Shown here one piece after another: positions 39,038 to 49,481 of a stretch of 64,000 nt of DNA (positions within the stretch are counted from its first letter, which is position 1; every line of letters begins with the position of its first letter). The notes beneath the pieces were generated by a model. The model searched no databases and was not told the DNA's origin. It saw only the letters and a list, made by a program, of their open reading frames with translations. This DNA comes from an uncultured candidate division Zixibacteria bacterium (GTDB taxonomy: Bacteria > Zixibacteria > MSB-5A5 > GN15 > FEB-12), in the NCBI GenBank assembly GCA_963735035.1, contig CAVTJJ010000004.1, positions 1,312,001 through 1,376,000 of the forward strand. The letters are read 5' to 3'. The translations under genes and the position numbers were made by a program.

Positions 39038-39305
39038 GGTTGCCGTTTCCTCCGGTTAAGGCCTACGAATGCTGGTACTTATTATAGAATCGGCTGTTTG
39101 GGCCGGGTTCTGAACGGGGGGAGAGAGCGGCTCCGCAGCCAATCGCGGCACCGTCGAAGTAATTTTTTCTGGAGACAAAATCGATCCGACAGCACGTATA
39201 TTAGTCGGCGCATAACCGTAAGCGCTTGGACTGCATATTGTTAACGTTGCGACTGTCCGCCGATTAGCAATGTCGGCCGTGAACAAGCATTTTTGGGGTC
39301 TTTGC

Positions 39306-39333
39306 TTGACAATTGAATCAAAGGGCGTATATT
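39306..39333 (+). promoter_or_regulatory. sigma70-type promoter of the rplM operon
   Basis: TTGACA-N16-TATATT. Confidence 0.65.
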
Positions 39334-39377
39334 CTTGGGCTTTTGAAAAATGGAGTATTACCGGACTTGATGACGCT

Positions 39378-39812
39378 ATGAAGACTTTTGTGCCTAAAAT
39401 CGAATCCATGGACCGCAAGTGGTTCCTCGTTGATCTCGAGGGAGTAACTATGGGTCGGGCTGCCGTTCAGGTGGCCAATATCCTGCGAGGCAAGACCAAG
39501 CCGATCTTTTCACCGCACATTGATTGTGGTGACAACGTAATCGCTATCAATGCCTCCGGTATGCAATTTTCGGGGAATAAAATATCCCAGAAGACCTACT
39601 ACCACTATTCGGGATATCCGGGTGGTCTGAAGAAACTGGTCCTGGGCAAGGCGATGTCGACGCGGCCCGATCGTGTCTTCACGACGGCGGTGAAGCACAT
39701 GCTGACCCAGAATCGCCTCGGTCGAAAACAAATTAAGAAGTTGCACGTCTACGCGGACGACAAGCATCCTCACACGGCTCAGAAGCCGGTGAAAATGAAA
39801 TTGACCTTTTGA
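39378..39812 (+). CDS. rplM: 50S ribosomal protein L13
   Basis: LRGKTKPIFSPHIDCGD, HYSGYPGGLK. Confidence 0.97.
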   Translation: MKTFVPKIESMDRKWFLVDLEGVTMGRAAVQVANILRGKTKPIFSPHIDCGDNVIAINASGMQFSGNKISQKTYYHYSGYPGGLKKLVLGKAMSTRPDRVFTTAVKHMLTQNRLGRKQIKKLHVYADDKHPHTAQKPVKMKLTF

Positions 39813-39828
39813 TGGTTGGTAGAACTTG

Positions 39829-40221
39829 ATGGAGCAAAACTTTATTTCAGCCACCGGTCGACGCAAGTCGGCAGTCGCTCATGCCGTGCTCACGCCGGGC
39901 AAGGGCGGATTCACTATTAACGGACGTCCGGTTCTCAGCTATTTGACCCGTGAGACGTTGGTCAACCATGCCGTGGAGCCGCTCAGAATCACGCAGAACG
40001 ACGGAACGTTGGATATCGTCTGTTCGACTCGTGGTGGCGGTCTTTCCGGCCAGGCCGGTGCAGTACGGCTGGCGGTCAGCCGTGCTCTCTGTCTTATGAA
40101 TCCCGATCTGCGGCCGTCGCTTCGCCAGGGCGGTTTCCTGATCCGCGATGCCCGCGAGGTGGAACGTAAGAAGTACGGTCGTCCGAAAGCCCGTAAACGC
40201 TTCCAGTATTCGAAGCGATAA
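39829..40221 (+). CDS. rpsI: 30S ribosomal protein S9
   Basis: TGRRK, GGGLSGQAGA, ERKKYG..QYSKR. Confidence 0.97.
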   Translation: MEQNFISATGRRKSAVAHAVLTPGKGGFTINGRPVLSYLTRETLVNHAVEPLRITQNDGTLDIVCSTRGGGLSGQAGAVRLAVSRALCLMNPDLRPSLRQGGFLIRDAREVERKKYGRPKARKRFQYSKR

Positions 40222-40237
40222 GAGATTTGAATTTTTA

Positions 40238-40345
40238 TCCCCGCCTTCGGGCGGGGAAATAAGCAGTCCCGATTGACCCGCCGTCGGTCCCAACACGCCT
40301 CGGGTGGCGGCCGGGGATGAGATCGGGATGAAGTTTAACCAAAAA
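40238..40345 (+). promoter_or_regulatory. Structured rpsB leader
   Basis: CCCCGCC-TTCG-GGCGGGG hairpin, then TCCCGAT...ATCGGGA enclosing further stems; position typical of S2 leaders. Confidence 0.4.
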
Positions 40346-40358
40346 CTCAAGGATTCCG

Positions 40359-41157
40359 ATGTTCACTCCCAAGATTCGCGAACTGCTTGAAGCCGGGGTA
40401 CATTTTGGTCATCAGACCAGCCGCTGGAACCCCAAAATGAAGCCGTTCATTTTCGCGGCGCGCAACGGCATCTACATTATCGATCTGCAGAAGACGGTCA
40501 ATTCCCTCGAACAGGCCAAGAAGAAAGTGCGTGAAGTTGTTCGCGGCGGTCGTTCGATTCTGTTCGTCGGCACCAAGAAACAGGCCCGCGAAGTGATCCT
40601 CGAGGAAGCTCCGAAGTGCGGCGGTTTCTATGTGATCGAACGCTGGCTGGGCGGCATGCTCACCAATTTCAACACCATCAAGAGCGTCGATCAAGAAGCT
40701 CAAAGACATCGAAAAGATGCGCGAGTCCGGCGAACTGGAGAAGTTCACGAAGAAAGAACGCTCCCAGTTCGAAAGCCAGGCGGCCAAGCTGCAGAAGACT
40801 CTCGGCGGCATCAAGGATATGAACTACCTTCCCGGCCTGATGATCGTAGTCGACGCCCAGAAGGAAAAGATCGCCGTGGCCGAAGCTCACAAGCTGGGCA
40901 TTCCGATCATCGGCATCATCGATACCAACGCCGACCCCGACCAGATTGATTTCCCGATCGCCGCCAACGACGACGCCATCAAATCGATTCGCATCCTGCT
41001 GCGCGACCTGGTTGACGCCGCGACGGAAACTCAGGGAGCCGTGACAGTGGCCGAGATCGAGGCTGCGGTCGATGCCGAGCGCGAAAAGCCGCTCGAGACC
41101 TTTACAATGGAGTCGGAAGACAACGGCCCGCTTGACGCTTTTGAGCCAGAAGGATAA
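40359..41157 (+). CDS. rpsB: 30S ribosomal protein S2; one extra base near 40685
   Basis: [25 protein letters not shown], then shifted frame [22 protein letters not shown]. Confidence 0.95.
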
Positions 41158-41163
41158 AGGACA

Positions 41164-41757
41164 ATGGAGATATCAGCTGCTCTAGTTAAACAGCTTCGGG
41201 AACAGACCGGAGCCGGAATGATGGACTGCAAAAAGGCCCTCGGCGATTCCCAGGGTAATTTCGAGGAAGCGGCCAAACTGCTTCGCGAGCGGGGCATTGC
41301 CAAAGCTGCCACCAAGTCCGGACGCGAGACGTCCGAGGGACTCATCGCTTCATACATTCACCCCGGTGACAAGCTGGGTGTGCTGGTCGAGATCAAGTGC
41401 GAAACCGACTTCGTGGCCCGCACCGACAAGTTCCGTCAGTTCGCGCACGATGTGGCCATGCAGATTGCGGCGTCGTCGCCGGTCTGCGTACGCCGTGAGG
41501 ATATCGATTCCAAGTTGATCGAGCAGGAACGCGCCATCTACCGGACCCAGGCCCAGAACGAAGGCAAGCCGGAAAAGATTCTCGATAAGATCGTCGACGG
41601 TAAAGTCGAAAAATACTACGCCGAAATAGTCCTGATGGAACAGCCGTTTGTAAAAGACAACGACAAGACCATTGGCGACTATGTGAAGGAAACGATCGGT
41701 ACTCTCGGAGAGAACATCCAGATCAAGCGGTTTACCCGTTTCCGACTGGGCGAATAA
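41164..41757 (+). CDS. tsf: Elongation factor Ts (short form)
   Basis: [24 protein letters not shown]. Confidence 0.97.
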   Translation: MEISAALVKQLREQTGAGMMDCKKALGDSQGNFEEAAKLLRERGIAKAATKSGRETSEGLIASYIHPGDKLGVLVEIKCETDFVARTDKFRQFAHDVAMQIAASSPVCVRREDIDSKLIEQERAIYRTQAQNEGKPEKILDKIVDGKVEKYYAEIVLMEQPFVKDNDKTIGDYVKETIGTLGENIQIKRFTRFRLGE

Positions 41758-41758
41758 T

Positions 41759-42484
41759 ATGGATTCCGAGCCTTCAAAGCCTGTCTATAGCAAGATCCTG
41801 TTGAAAATTTCCGGTGAGGCCCTTATGGGTGACGGGAAATACGGGATCAGTACTCAGGCTTTGGAGGCCATCGCACGCCAGATCAAGCAGGTCAAAGAGC
41901 TCGGGGTTCAGATTGCCCTGGTAATCGGCGGCGGGAATATCTTCCGCGGCCTTCATGCTTCGGAAAGAGGCATGGACCGGGTAACGGCCGACAACATGGG
42001 AATGCTGGCGACGGTTATCAATTCGCTGGCCATGATGGATCATCTGGAAAAACAGGGGCTCTATACCCGTCTGATGTCGGCGGTGCGCATGGAGGCGTTT
42101 GCCGAACCGTATATACGCCGCCGAGCCGTCCGTCACATGGAAAAGGGACGCCTTGTGATTCTGGCGGCCGGAACCGGGAATCCGTTTTTCAGTACCGACA
42201 CGGCGGCGTCACTTCGCGCCATGGAACTGGGCGTTGATATAATGATCAAGGCCACCAGGGTCGACGGTGTCTATTCGGCTGATCCGGAGAAAGACCCCAA
42301 TGCCGAGTTTTATCCCCGGCTGACTTACATGGACTTGCTCACACGGGAGCTGCGGGTGATGGACGCCACGGCGATCTCGCTACTTAAGGAAAATAATATC
42401 CCGGTGTTGGTTGTCAATCTGAACAAACCGGGACATCTGGTCGGCGCCATCTGCGGTCAGCAGATCGGCACGATGATTACCTGA
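41759..42484 (+). CDS. pyrH: UMP kinase
   Basis: [27 protein letters not shown]. Confidence 0.97.
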   Translation: MDSEPSKPVYSKILLKISGEALMGDGKYGISTQALEAIARQIKQVKELGVQIALVIGGGNIFRGLHASERGMDRVTADNMGMLATVINSLAMMDHLEKQGLYTRLMSAVRMEAFAEPYIRRRAVRHMEKGRLVILAAGTGNPFFSTDTAASLRAMELGVDIMIKATRVDGVYSADPEKDPNAEFYPRLTYMDLLTRELRVMDATAISLLKENNIPVLVVNLNKPGHLVGAICGQQIGTMIT

Positions 42485-42526
42485 TTATGACACGGGACGT
42501 TTAATCATAATTCGAGGACGGTTGTC

Positions 42527-43084
42527 ATGATGAACGAAATTATCAAAGACGCCAGGAATCGGATGATCAAGACGGTCGAGGCGGTCAACAAGGAACTAAG
42601 CGCGGTACGCACCGGAAAAGCGTCACCGCACCTGCTCGACTCAGTCAAGGTCGATGCCTATGGCACTACGATGCCACTCAGCCAACTGGCGACCGTTTCG
42701 GCCCCGGAAGCCCGGTTGCTGGTTGTCCAGGCTTTTGACAAAGGGACTATCGGAGACATCGTCAAAGGGATTCATAAGGCCGACCTGGGCCTGAATCCCA
42801 ACGTTGACGGTCCGGTTATCCGTCTGGCTGTGCCGGCGCTGAACGAAGAGCGTCGCAAAGAACTGGTAAAGCACTGCAAGCATCTGGCGGAAGAAGGGCG
42901 AGTTGCCGTGCGCAACATTCGCCGCGATGCCAATGAGCACATCAAGAAGGGCGAGAAAGACAAGAAGATCTCCGAGGACGACGGCAAGAAGGGACTCGAC
43001 GAGACCCAGAAGCTGACCAACGAGTTCATCGCCAAGATCGACGATATCGTTGAGCGCAAAGAAGCCGAGGTAATGGAGGTCTGA
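42527..43084 (+). CDS. frr: Ribosome recycling factor
   Basis: RTGKASP, LNEERRKEL, RNIRRD. Confidence 0.97.
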   Translation: MMNEIIKDARNRMIKTVEAVNKELSAVRTGKASPHLLDSVKVDAYGTTMPLSQLATVSAPEARLLVVQAFDKGTIGDIVKGIHKADLGLNPNVDGPVIRLAVPALNEERRKELVKHCKHLAEEGRVAVRNIRRDANEHIKKGEKDKKISEDDGKKGLDETQKLTNEFIAKIDDIVERKEAEVMEV

Positions 43085-43158
43085 CCCTCCGCCACTAAAT
43101 TTGTCCGAATTAGGCCGTGGCCGTCCGTCAGGACGACCACGGCTTCTATTTGTGGTGT

Positions 43159-43599
43159 CTATCCGGGATATTGATCGTTGATATACTGCCGCAGGTACCG
43201 ATTTTCGGTCTGAATGTGCTTCAATTGTGATTTTACGATATCGCCGACCGACAGCAGGCCCACCAGTCGTCGGCCCTCGACAATGGGAATGTGACGGATA
43301 CGGTTATTGGTAATGATGCCGGCGATGTAGTCCAGGTCATCGTCGGCCACACCCACGATCAGATCGGCGGTCATCAGATCGCCTACCGCCATAGTGTTGA
43401 ATCCGCCCGGATTCTTGAAAGCCGCCCGGAAGATATCTTTGTCGCTGATAATTCCGACCAGATAGTCGCCTTCGCCGAGAACCGGCAGGCAACTGATCCG
43501 ATTGTCGAGCAGCATGGCCATCGCCTGCTGGATCGAGGTCTGTGCACTGGCCGTCAAAACACGGCGGGGGTTTCGTTCCAGATACTCCCTAACGTTCAT
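43159..43599 (-). CDS. CBS-pair protein
   Basis: LVGIISDKDI, IRHIPIV..LVGLLSVGDIVK; GGAGGA RBS. Confidence 0.9.
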   Translation of the reverse strand: MNVREYLERNPRRVLTASAQTSIQQAMAMLLDNRISCLPVLGEGDYLVGIISDKDIFRAAFKNPGGFNTMAVGDLMTADLIVGVADDDLDYIAGIITNNRIRHIPIVEGRRLVGLLSVGDIVKSQLKHIQTENRYLRQYINDQYPG

Positions 43600-43741
43600 C
43601 GGCTGTCCTCCGGACTTCTCCGGGCCGCGACCTCGACGACGGCGTATAAACTCTTGAGGCCATCGGGCCGGACGATTATCTTGGTTCGTCGGCTGGGGCG
43701 CTGTCGCCACTCGTAAAACACACTATGGACCTGTTTTGTTT

Positions 43742-44419
43742 ATGTCAAGTTTGATTCCCCGGCTCGCGCTTGTTGTCGGGTTGCTACTGCCGGCGTCTTT
43801 GGTGTTGGCTATCGAAGACGAGACCGATCCTGTTATTCAATACTACTGGGGACATGCCCGCACTGCCGCGCCGAAATTCGATCCCAACGTCCCTGGAGTG
43901 AGCTACTGCTTCAAGGCCAGGACCTATCGCCACACCGTGACGTCGGATGGAATAATCCGCAAGACCGATTCGGTCGAGCAGGTATTCTACTATCGTGACG
44001 GCAAGCTGGATTCGGTTCAGCGTGTTCGAGGTGATGCGGACCGATTCAAGAAGCTCGATCTGACTCACCCGACTGTGTTCGAGAATCGGTACCATTTGAA
44101 TTTCTATCCCAACGACGCGGGCGGGCCGAAGCTGGCGATCGGTATGAATTCGGATTCAACGCTTCAGGATCAGCCGGACGGTCTGGTGTTGATCGATCGC
44201 AACCGATACTTCCTGCGCTCACTCTACCTGTTCTATCCGAACAAATCAGGTTACCGGCGGTTTTCCCGCTCGTTCCGATTCACCCTGGTCGACGATCTGG
44301 TGTTCCCGGATTCGGTTTGGGAGGTCGCTACTCAAATCGGAATATTCTTCACGGAAAGCTATCGCCTCGAAACGGGCATCTCTGATATTCGGGTGGAACG
44401 GACCGGGCCGCCACGATAA
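43742..44419 (+). CDS. Exported hypothetical protein, beta-rich
   Basis: Signal peptide ending VLA; 225 aa. Confidence 0.7.
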   Translation: MSSLIPRLALVVGLLLPASLVLAIEDETDPVIQYYWGHARTAAPKFDPNVPGVSYCFKARTYRHTVTSDGIIRKTDSVEQVFYYRDGKLDSVQRVRGDADRFKKLDLTHPTVFENRYHLNFYPNDAGGPKLAIGMNSDSTLQDQPDGLVLIDRNRYFLRSLYLFYPNKSGYRRFSRSFRFTLVDDLVFPDSVWEVATQIGIFFTESYRLETGISDIRVERTGPPR

Positions 44420-44482
44420 CGTCGCCGACCTTGCTTCTAATCAGACTTGCCAACCGGCCAATTCCCAAGTTAGCTTGCTATT

Positions 44483-45250
44483 ATGTCTGAAGAATTACAG
44501 CAGCTCGAATCGGAAATACGCGCCAAGCCTGACCGCATTCCGCGCCATGTGGCGATTATCATGGACGGCAACGGGCGCTGGGCGGCGCAGCGCCACAAGC
44601 CGCGTACTTTTGGTCACGAGGCCGGAGTTCGCGCGGTCAAGGAAGTGGTTCGGGCCTGCTCTGATTTCGGCATCAAATACCTGACCCTGTACACATTTTC
44701 GATAGAAAATTGGAAACGCCCCAAGCTCGAAGTCAGTGCTTTGATGTCTCTTCTGACGCGTACGACCGTCAGCGAACTGGACGAACTTAATAAGAACAAC
44801 GTCAAGCTGATCGTCACGGGTCGGGTAACCGGGCTACCCAGGGAACGTCGGGCGATTATCATGAGCGCGGTCGAGAAGACCCGTCAGAACAGCGGGCTGG
44901 TGCTCAATCTGGCGCTTAACTATGGCGGCCGTACAGAGATTCTGGATGCGGTCAAAGCAATCTCGGAGGCGGTCAAAGGCGGGATGATCGAGGTGTCCGA
45001 CATCGATGAGGAACTGTTTTCCAGCTTTCTCTATACTGCGGCTATACCTGACCCTGACCTGCTGATTCGCACGTCGGGGGAGTGGCGCATTTCCAACTTC
45101 CTGCTGTGGCAGACCAGTTATACCGAGCTTCACATTATCGACACGCTCTGGCCTGATTTCGGTCGCAAGGAACTCTACGAGGCGATCATCGACTATCAAC
45201 AGCGTGAACGTCGGTTCGGCAAGGTTTCGGGAGGAGATGATGAGTCGTAA
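44483..45250 (+). CDS. uppS: Undecaprenyl diphosphate synthase
   Basis: IIMDGNGRWA, FSIENWKRP, RTSGE.RISNFLLWQ. Confidence 0.96.
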   Translation: MSEELQQLESEIRAKPDRIPRHVAIIMDGNGRWAAQRHKPRTFGHEAGVRAVKEVVRACSDFGIKYLTLYTFSIENWKRPKLEVSALMSLLTRTTVSELDELNKNNVKLIVTGRVTGLPRERRAIIMSAVEKTRQNSGLVLNLALNYGGRTEILDAVKAISEAVKGGMIEVSDIDEELFSSFLYTAAIPDPDLLIRTSGEWRISNFLLWQTSYTELHIIDTLWPDFGRKELYEAIIDYQQRERRFGKVSGGDDES

Positions 45251-46109
45251 TCTGGCTGCCCGTCTGGCCGTAGCGGCTGTCGCCATACCATCGATACTCT
45301 GGATTTCATACCGGGGCGGAATCTGGCTGTTTGGCATGATCTCGTTATTTGCGCTGCTGGGGATGGTGGAATATCTCTGGGCCGAAGGTTGGCGTCCGCG
45401 CGATGTTCTGTTCTGGTTTTCGCTGGCCACCGTGGCGGCGGTGTTGATTTTCGTTTTTCAAGGTGGTGCGATAAACGAAGGCCTCGACCCGACCGGCTGG
45501 TATACGTCGGTAGTTGGTCTCTTCGTTCCCTTCTTCTTCGCGGTAAGTGCTCTCTATGTAGCGGCCGGTCGACAAGAGGCGAAGGAGATGTTCGCGTCGC
45601 ATTCACGCCTCGTCTGGGGGGTGGGCTATATCGCCTTTCTCTACCCGCTCGTGTACCTGGTAGGGGAGATTGGCCCGGGACCGGGGACCGACCTGCCGTC
45701 GGGTGGCGATAGCCTCCTGTTCTTGTTCGCGGTGCTCTGGGTTGGCGATACCGCCGCGATGTGGGTCGGTTCGGCTTTCGGCAAACACAAATTAGCTCCT
45801 ACTGTATCACCAAATAAGACGATCGAAGGGTTTGTCGGCGGCTTGCTGGGTGCGCTGGCGATCGGGCTGATTATGCTCTTCTGGAAGTTCTCGGGTGTGC
45901 CCTGGTACCATGTGATGATACTGGCGTTCGGTTGTTCGTTCTGCGGGCAGATCGGCGACCTGGCGGAATCGGTATGGAAGCGTTCCCTGGGTATCAAAGA
46001 TTCATCGGCGCTTATTCCCGGCCACGGCGGAGTGCTCGACCGGTTCGATTCACTTCTGTTCGCGGCTCCGTTCATGTACTGTTACTTTCGGGTAATCGGA
46101 CTAACGTGA
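45240..46109 (+). CDS. cdsA: Phosphatidate cytidylyltransferase
   Basis: SPNKTIEG, GDLAESVWKR..IKDSS..PGHGGVLDRFDS. Confidence 0.95.
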   Translation: MSRNLAARLAVAAVAIPSILWISYRGGIWLFGMISLFALLGMVEYLWAEGWRPRDVLFWFSLATVAAVLIFVFQGGAINEGLDPTGWYTSVVGLFVPFFFAVSALYVAAGRQEAKEMFASHSRLVWGVGYIAFLYPLVYLVGEIGPGPGTDLPSGGDSLLFLFAVLWVGDTAAMWVGSAFGKHKLAPTVSPNKTIEGFVGGLLGALAIGLIMLFWKFSGVPWYHVMILAFGCSFCGQIGDLAESVWKRSLGIKDSSALIPGHGGVLDRFDSLLFAAPFMYCYFRVIGLT

Positions 46110-47017
46110 AAGCTCTGGACTATTTCTTTGCGGCAAGGCCGCTTCTACAACTGCCTATCTGGACGGTCTATCTAGTTTCGCTTCATTTCCATGCTGAGTT
46201 GTCGGGGGACAGGTTCGGTTGGATCGATCTGGCGATCATGGCCTGTATCAGCTTGATCTTCACGGGGGCGGTTTATCTGAATCAGGTTTTCGATTTCGAA
46301 ACCGACCGGATTAATCAAAAGGTCGGCTTTCTACAGCGAGGTTTTCTGGGTCAAGCCTCGCTGTTGCGATGGTGTATGATACTCATAGTGCTGTCATTGG
46401 TCGTATCGTTCTTCATATCGAGGCTGACACTCTTTGTCTGCGCCCAATTGGCAGTGTTGGCCATTGCCTACTCGGCCTCGCCGCTTCGTCTGAAAGATCG
46501 CCCGATCGGCGGCCTGCTCGCCAACGGCTGGGGTCACGGGTTCCTGGTGTCATTCGCGATAATGCCGGATATGACCCTGAACAACACCGGGCTTCTGGGC
46601 TGGGATAACCCCATCTATTTCTTCTTGGCCGTGGGAGGGACCTATGTCTTGACGACGATCCCTGATCGCTCCGGTGACGCCGAGGCCGGTAAGCGTACCC
46701 TTGCGGTAGCTCTGGGACGTAACGGTGCCCTGGCCATCGCGGCGATCTTGTTCGGCCTGGCCGACCTGACCGCGTGGCATTCGGGATACCTGTTGCTGTC
46801 GACTCTGGCGGTTGTGGCGGTATTGTTTGTGTTGGCGGCGCTGATTCTCAAGAATGACGCCTCGGTCCGCTTTGCTACCAAGATGCCTTTGCTGATGCTG
46901 ACGCTTCTGGCCGGATACTGGTACCCGGCATATCTGGTGTTTGTTGTTGCTCTGCTTATTCTGACGCGGGCATATTACGGGCGCAGGTTTGGTCTCGTTT
47001 ATCCGGAGTTGGCGTGA
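46106..47017 (+). CDS. UbiA-family prenyltransferase
   Basis: NQVFDFETDRIN, YSASPLRLK, PDRSGDAEAGKRT. Confidence 0.85.
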   Translation: MKALDYFFAARPLLQLPIWTVYLVSLHFHAELSGDRFGWIDLAIMACISLIFTGAVYLNQVFDFETDRINQKVGFLQRGFLGQASLLRWCMILIVLSLVVSFFISRLTLFVCAQLAVLAIAYSASPLRLKDRPIGGLLANGWGHGFLVSFAIMPDMTLNNTGLLGWDNPIYFFLAVGGTYVLTTIPDRSGDAEAGKRTLAVALGRNGALAIAAILFGLADLTAWHSGYLLLSTLAVVAVLFVLAALILKNDASVRFATKMPLLMLTLLAGYWYPAYLVFVVALLILTRAYYGRRFGLVYPELA

Positions 47018-47547
47018 AGATCGGTCGATTCATAGTAGTGTTGTCGGTGATGCTCACAAGCATCGGTTGTGTGCCCTATCCGCGCTACAACCCGGAAGCG
47101 GAGTTCACTCCCCGCGAGCAACGCGCGACCGATCAGTACATGACCACCCATGAGTATATCCAACTGGGGATGATCCTTCAGCGTCAGTTGGGCAAACCGT
47201 ACGCCGGACGCTCCAAATGGGAAGAGGGGATCGATTGTTCGCAGTACATTCGCGATGCCTTCCGCGAGTTCAACGGCCTGCAGCTTCCGCGCACGGTCGC
47301 AGAGCAGTTCGCGCAGGGGACCGACGTCGCCCGTAGCCGTCTCCGTTTCGGCGATCTGATCTTCTTTCGCACCAATCGTGAACGCGTCTCTCACGTAGGT
47401 GTCTACATCGGATTCAATGAATTCATCCACGTTTCATCTTCCAACGGTGTGACTATCAACAATCTGAGCGAGAAATACTGGGCGAGCGCCTTTGCCGGTG
47501 CCCGGCGAATACTTGTTCCCCAGGCGGAGCGAACTGCCGCTCCCTGA
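47014..47547 (+). CDS. NlpC/P60 lipoprotein
   Basis: Lipobox SIGC; GIDCS, GDLIFF, SHVGVY, FIH. Confidence 0.9.
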   Translation: MKIGRFIVVLSVMLTSIGCVPYPRYNPEAEFTPREQRATDQYMTTHEYIQLGMILQRQLGKPYAGRSKWEEGIDCSQYIRDAFREFNGLQLPRTVAEQFAQGTDVARSRLRFGDLIFFRTNRERVSHVGVYIGFNEFIHVSSSNGVTINNLSEKYWASAFAGARRILVPQAERTAAP

Positions 47548-47563
47548 AATCGTTCCAGACATT

Positions 47564-49402
47564 ATGACTAAGCGCAGCCCGGAACTCGCCCTGAAGCTGC
47601 AGAACCTGCCCACCCACCCAGGGGTGTACATGTTTCTGAACGCCAAGGGGAAGCCGCTCTATATCGGCAAGGCTAAGAACCTTCGCAACCGGGTGCGGAC
47701 TTATTTTCAGGCCTCCGGCCCGGTGATGGAGCGTACGCGGCGGATGGTGGCGCAAGTCGTGGATCTCAATTTGATCGTCACCGAAAATGAAATTGAGTCC
47801 CTGATTCTCGAAGCCAATCTCGTTCACGAACACAAACCCCGCTACAACGTCTCGCTCAAAGACGACAAACACTTTCCGTACATCAAGATCACACATGAGC
47901 CATTCCCGCGCGTGCTCGTTGTCCGACACTTCGAAAAAGACAAGGCAACCTATTTCGGTCCGTACACATCGGCGAAAGGGATGCGCCGCACGCTCTCGAT
48001 GCTAAACCATCTCTTCAAGATACGAACCTGCAACTTCCAGATTCCGCCGCCGGAAGGGAAGAAGCTGAAAGTGTGTCTCGACTATCGCATCAACCGATGT
48101 ATGGGACCGTGCGAGGGTCTGCAGTCGCAGGAGGATTACGCCGAATCGATCAAAGCGGTTAAGACGGTTCTCTCCGGCCACAGCCGGCGCCTTATCGACG
48201 AGTTGACCGAGAAGATGCATGCGGCATCCAAAGAGACGCGATTCGAGGAAGCCAAGACCTTTCGCGATCAAATCGAGGCGCTGCAGAGCATCATGATCAA
48301 GCAGAATGTCGACATCGGCGAGATGGTCGATCGCGACATCGTCGCCGTGGCGCGCGAACGCAGCGACGGGGTAGCGGTGGTGATGCAGATTCGCGACGGG
48401 GTCCTTATCGGCCGCCAGGATTTCCGCCTTCAGGCTGACGTTGACAACGATGACGCCGTGGTCGTGGAGACATTCTTCGAGCAGTATTATAATCATCAAC
48501 CTAACCTGCCTGAGGAAATCTGCCTGCCGGTGGAGATACCGGAGACCGGACTTCTCGAGGAATGGCTGACACAGTCCAGAGGATCGAAAGTGCGGATAGT
48601 GACGCCCCGTGCGGGACAGAAAGTCCGACTGATCGATCTGGCCGCCCGCAACGCCCAGCTATTGCTCGACGAGCTCCTGCTGCAGAAGCGCCAGGTGAAG
48701 GACCGAACGTCCAAGATGGTCACGGCGCTCAAGGACGAACTCAAGCTCTCCCGCGCGCCGCGCCGCATGGCCTGTTTTGATATTTCCAATACCGGCGAGG
48801 CGGATTTTGTCGGCTCGTGCGCTTTTTTCGAAAACGGCAAGCCGCTCAAGAATCAGTACCGGCATTTCAAGATCAAGGGGGTGACAGGACAGGACGATTT
48901 CGCCATGATGCGCGAAGTCATCGGGCGGTACTTTCACAATTTCCGCGAGGAAAAGAGCAAGGCCCCCGATCTGGTCGTGGTCGACGGCGGCAAGGGGCAG
49001 TTGTCTTCGGCGCTGGCCGAACTGAATTCACTCGGCTTTGCCGAACAACCGATTATCTCGCTCGCCAAGCGTCTTGAAGAAGTGTATCTGCCGGGTTTCT
49101 CCGGTCCGATCACAATTCCGCGCGGTTCGCCGGCACTGATGCTTCTGAAACGTATTCGTGATGAGGCGCATCGCTTCGCGGTCAATTACAACCGCAAGGT
49201 GCGCCAGAAGCGGACGATTACGTCGCAACTGGACGACATCGCCGGTATTGGCCCGACTCGGCGTGACGCTTTGCTGACACATTTCGGTTCGGTGACGCGC
49301 ATCAAGGAAGCGACGGTCGAGGAGATTGCGGCGGTGAAGGGGATCACGGCCAAACAGGCCGAGGCGGTCAAGGCAGCGCTGGGGCAAGCGTCTATCGCTT
49401 GA
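47564..49402 (+). CDS. uvrC: Excinuclease ABC subunit C
   Basis: PGVY..YIGKAKNLR, CFDISN, DGGKGQL, RDEAHRFA, HhH. Confidence 0.96.
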   Translation: MTKRSPELALKLQNLPTHPGVYMFLNAKGKPLYIGKAKNLRNRVRTYFQASGPVMERTRRMVAQVVDLNLIVTENEIESLILEANLVHEHKPRYNVSLKDDKHFPYIKITHEPFPRVLVVRHFEKDKATYFGPYTSAKGMRRTLSMLNHLFKIRTCNFQIPPPEGKKLKVCLDYRINRCMGPCEGLQSQEDYAESIKAVKTVLSGHSRRLIDELTEKMHAASKETRFEEAKTFRDQIEALQSIMIKQNVDIGEMVDRDIVAVARERSDGVAVVMQIRDGVLIGRQDFRLQADVDNDDAVVVETFFEQYYNHQPNLPEEICLPVEIPETGLLEEWLTQSRGSKVRIVTPRAGQKVRLIDLAARNAQLLLDELLLQKRQVKDRTSKMVTALKDELKLSRAPRRMACFDISNTGEADFVGSCAFFENGKPLKNQYRHFKIKGVTGQDDFAMMREVIGRYFHNFREEKSKAPDLVVVDGGKGQLSSALAELNSLGFAEQPIISLAKRLEEVYLPGFSGPITIPRGSPALMLLKRIRDEAHRFAVNYNRKVRQKRTITSQLDDIAGIGPTRRDALLTHFGSVTRIKEATVEEIAAVKGITAKQAEAVKAALGQASIA

Positions 49403-49426
49403 CAATTCCGGCGAAACAAGTATCTT
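49399..49426 (+). promoter_or_regulatory. Putative sigma70 promoter
   Basis: TTGACA-N16-TATCTT. Confidence 0.5.
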
Positions 49427-49481
49427 TAATCCATAATCGATTTATCTGACCGGCAAACTTCAAGCTGAATGGAGTATCGCC

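Noticed and set aside
40660..40720. Programmed frameshift in rpsB
   Set aside because: No slippery run at the shift; similar indels occur in many unrelated genes, so sequencing error is more likely
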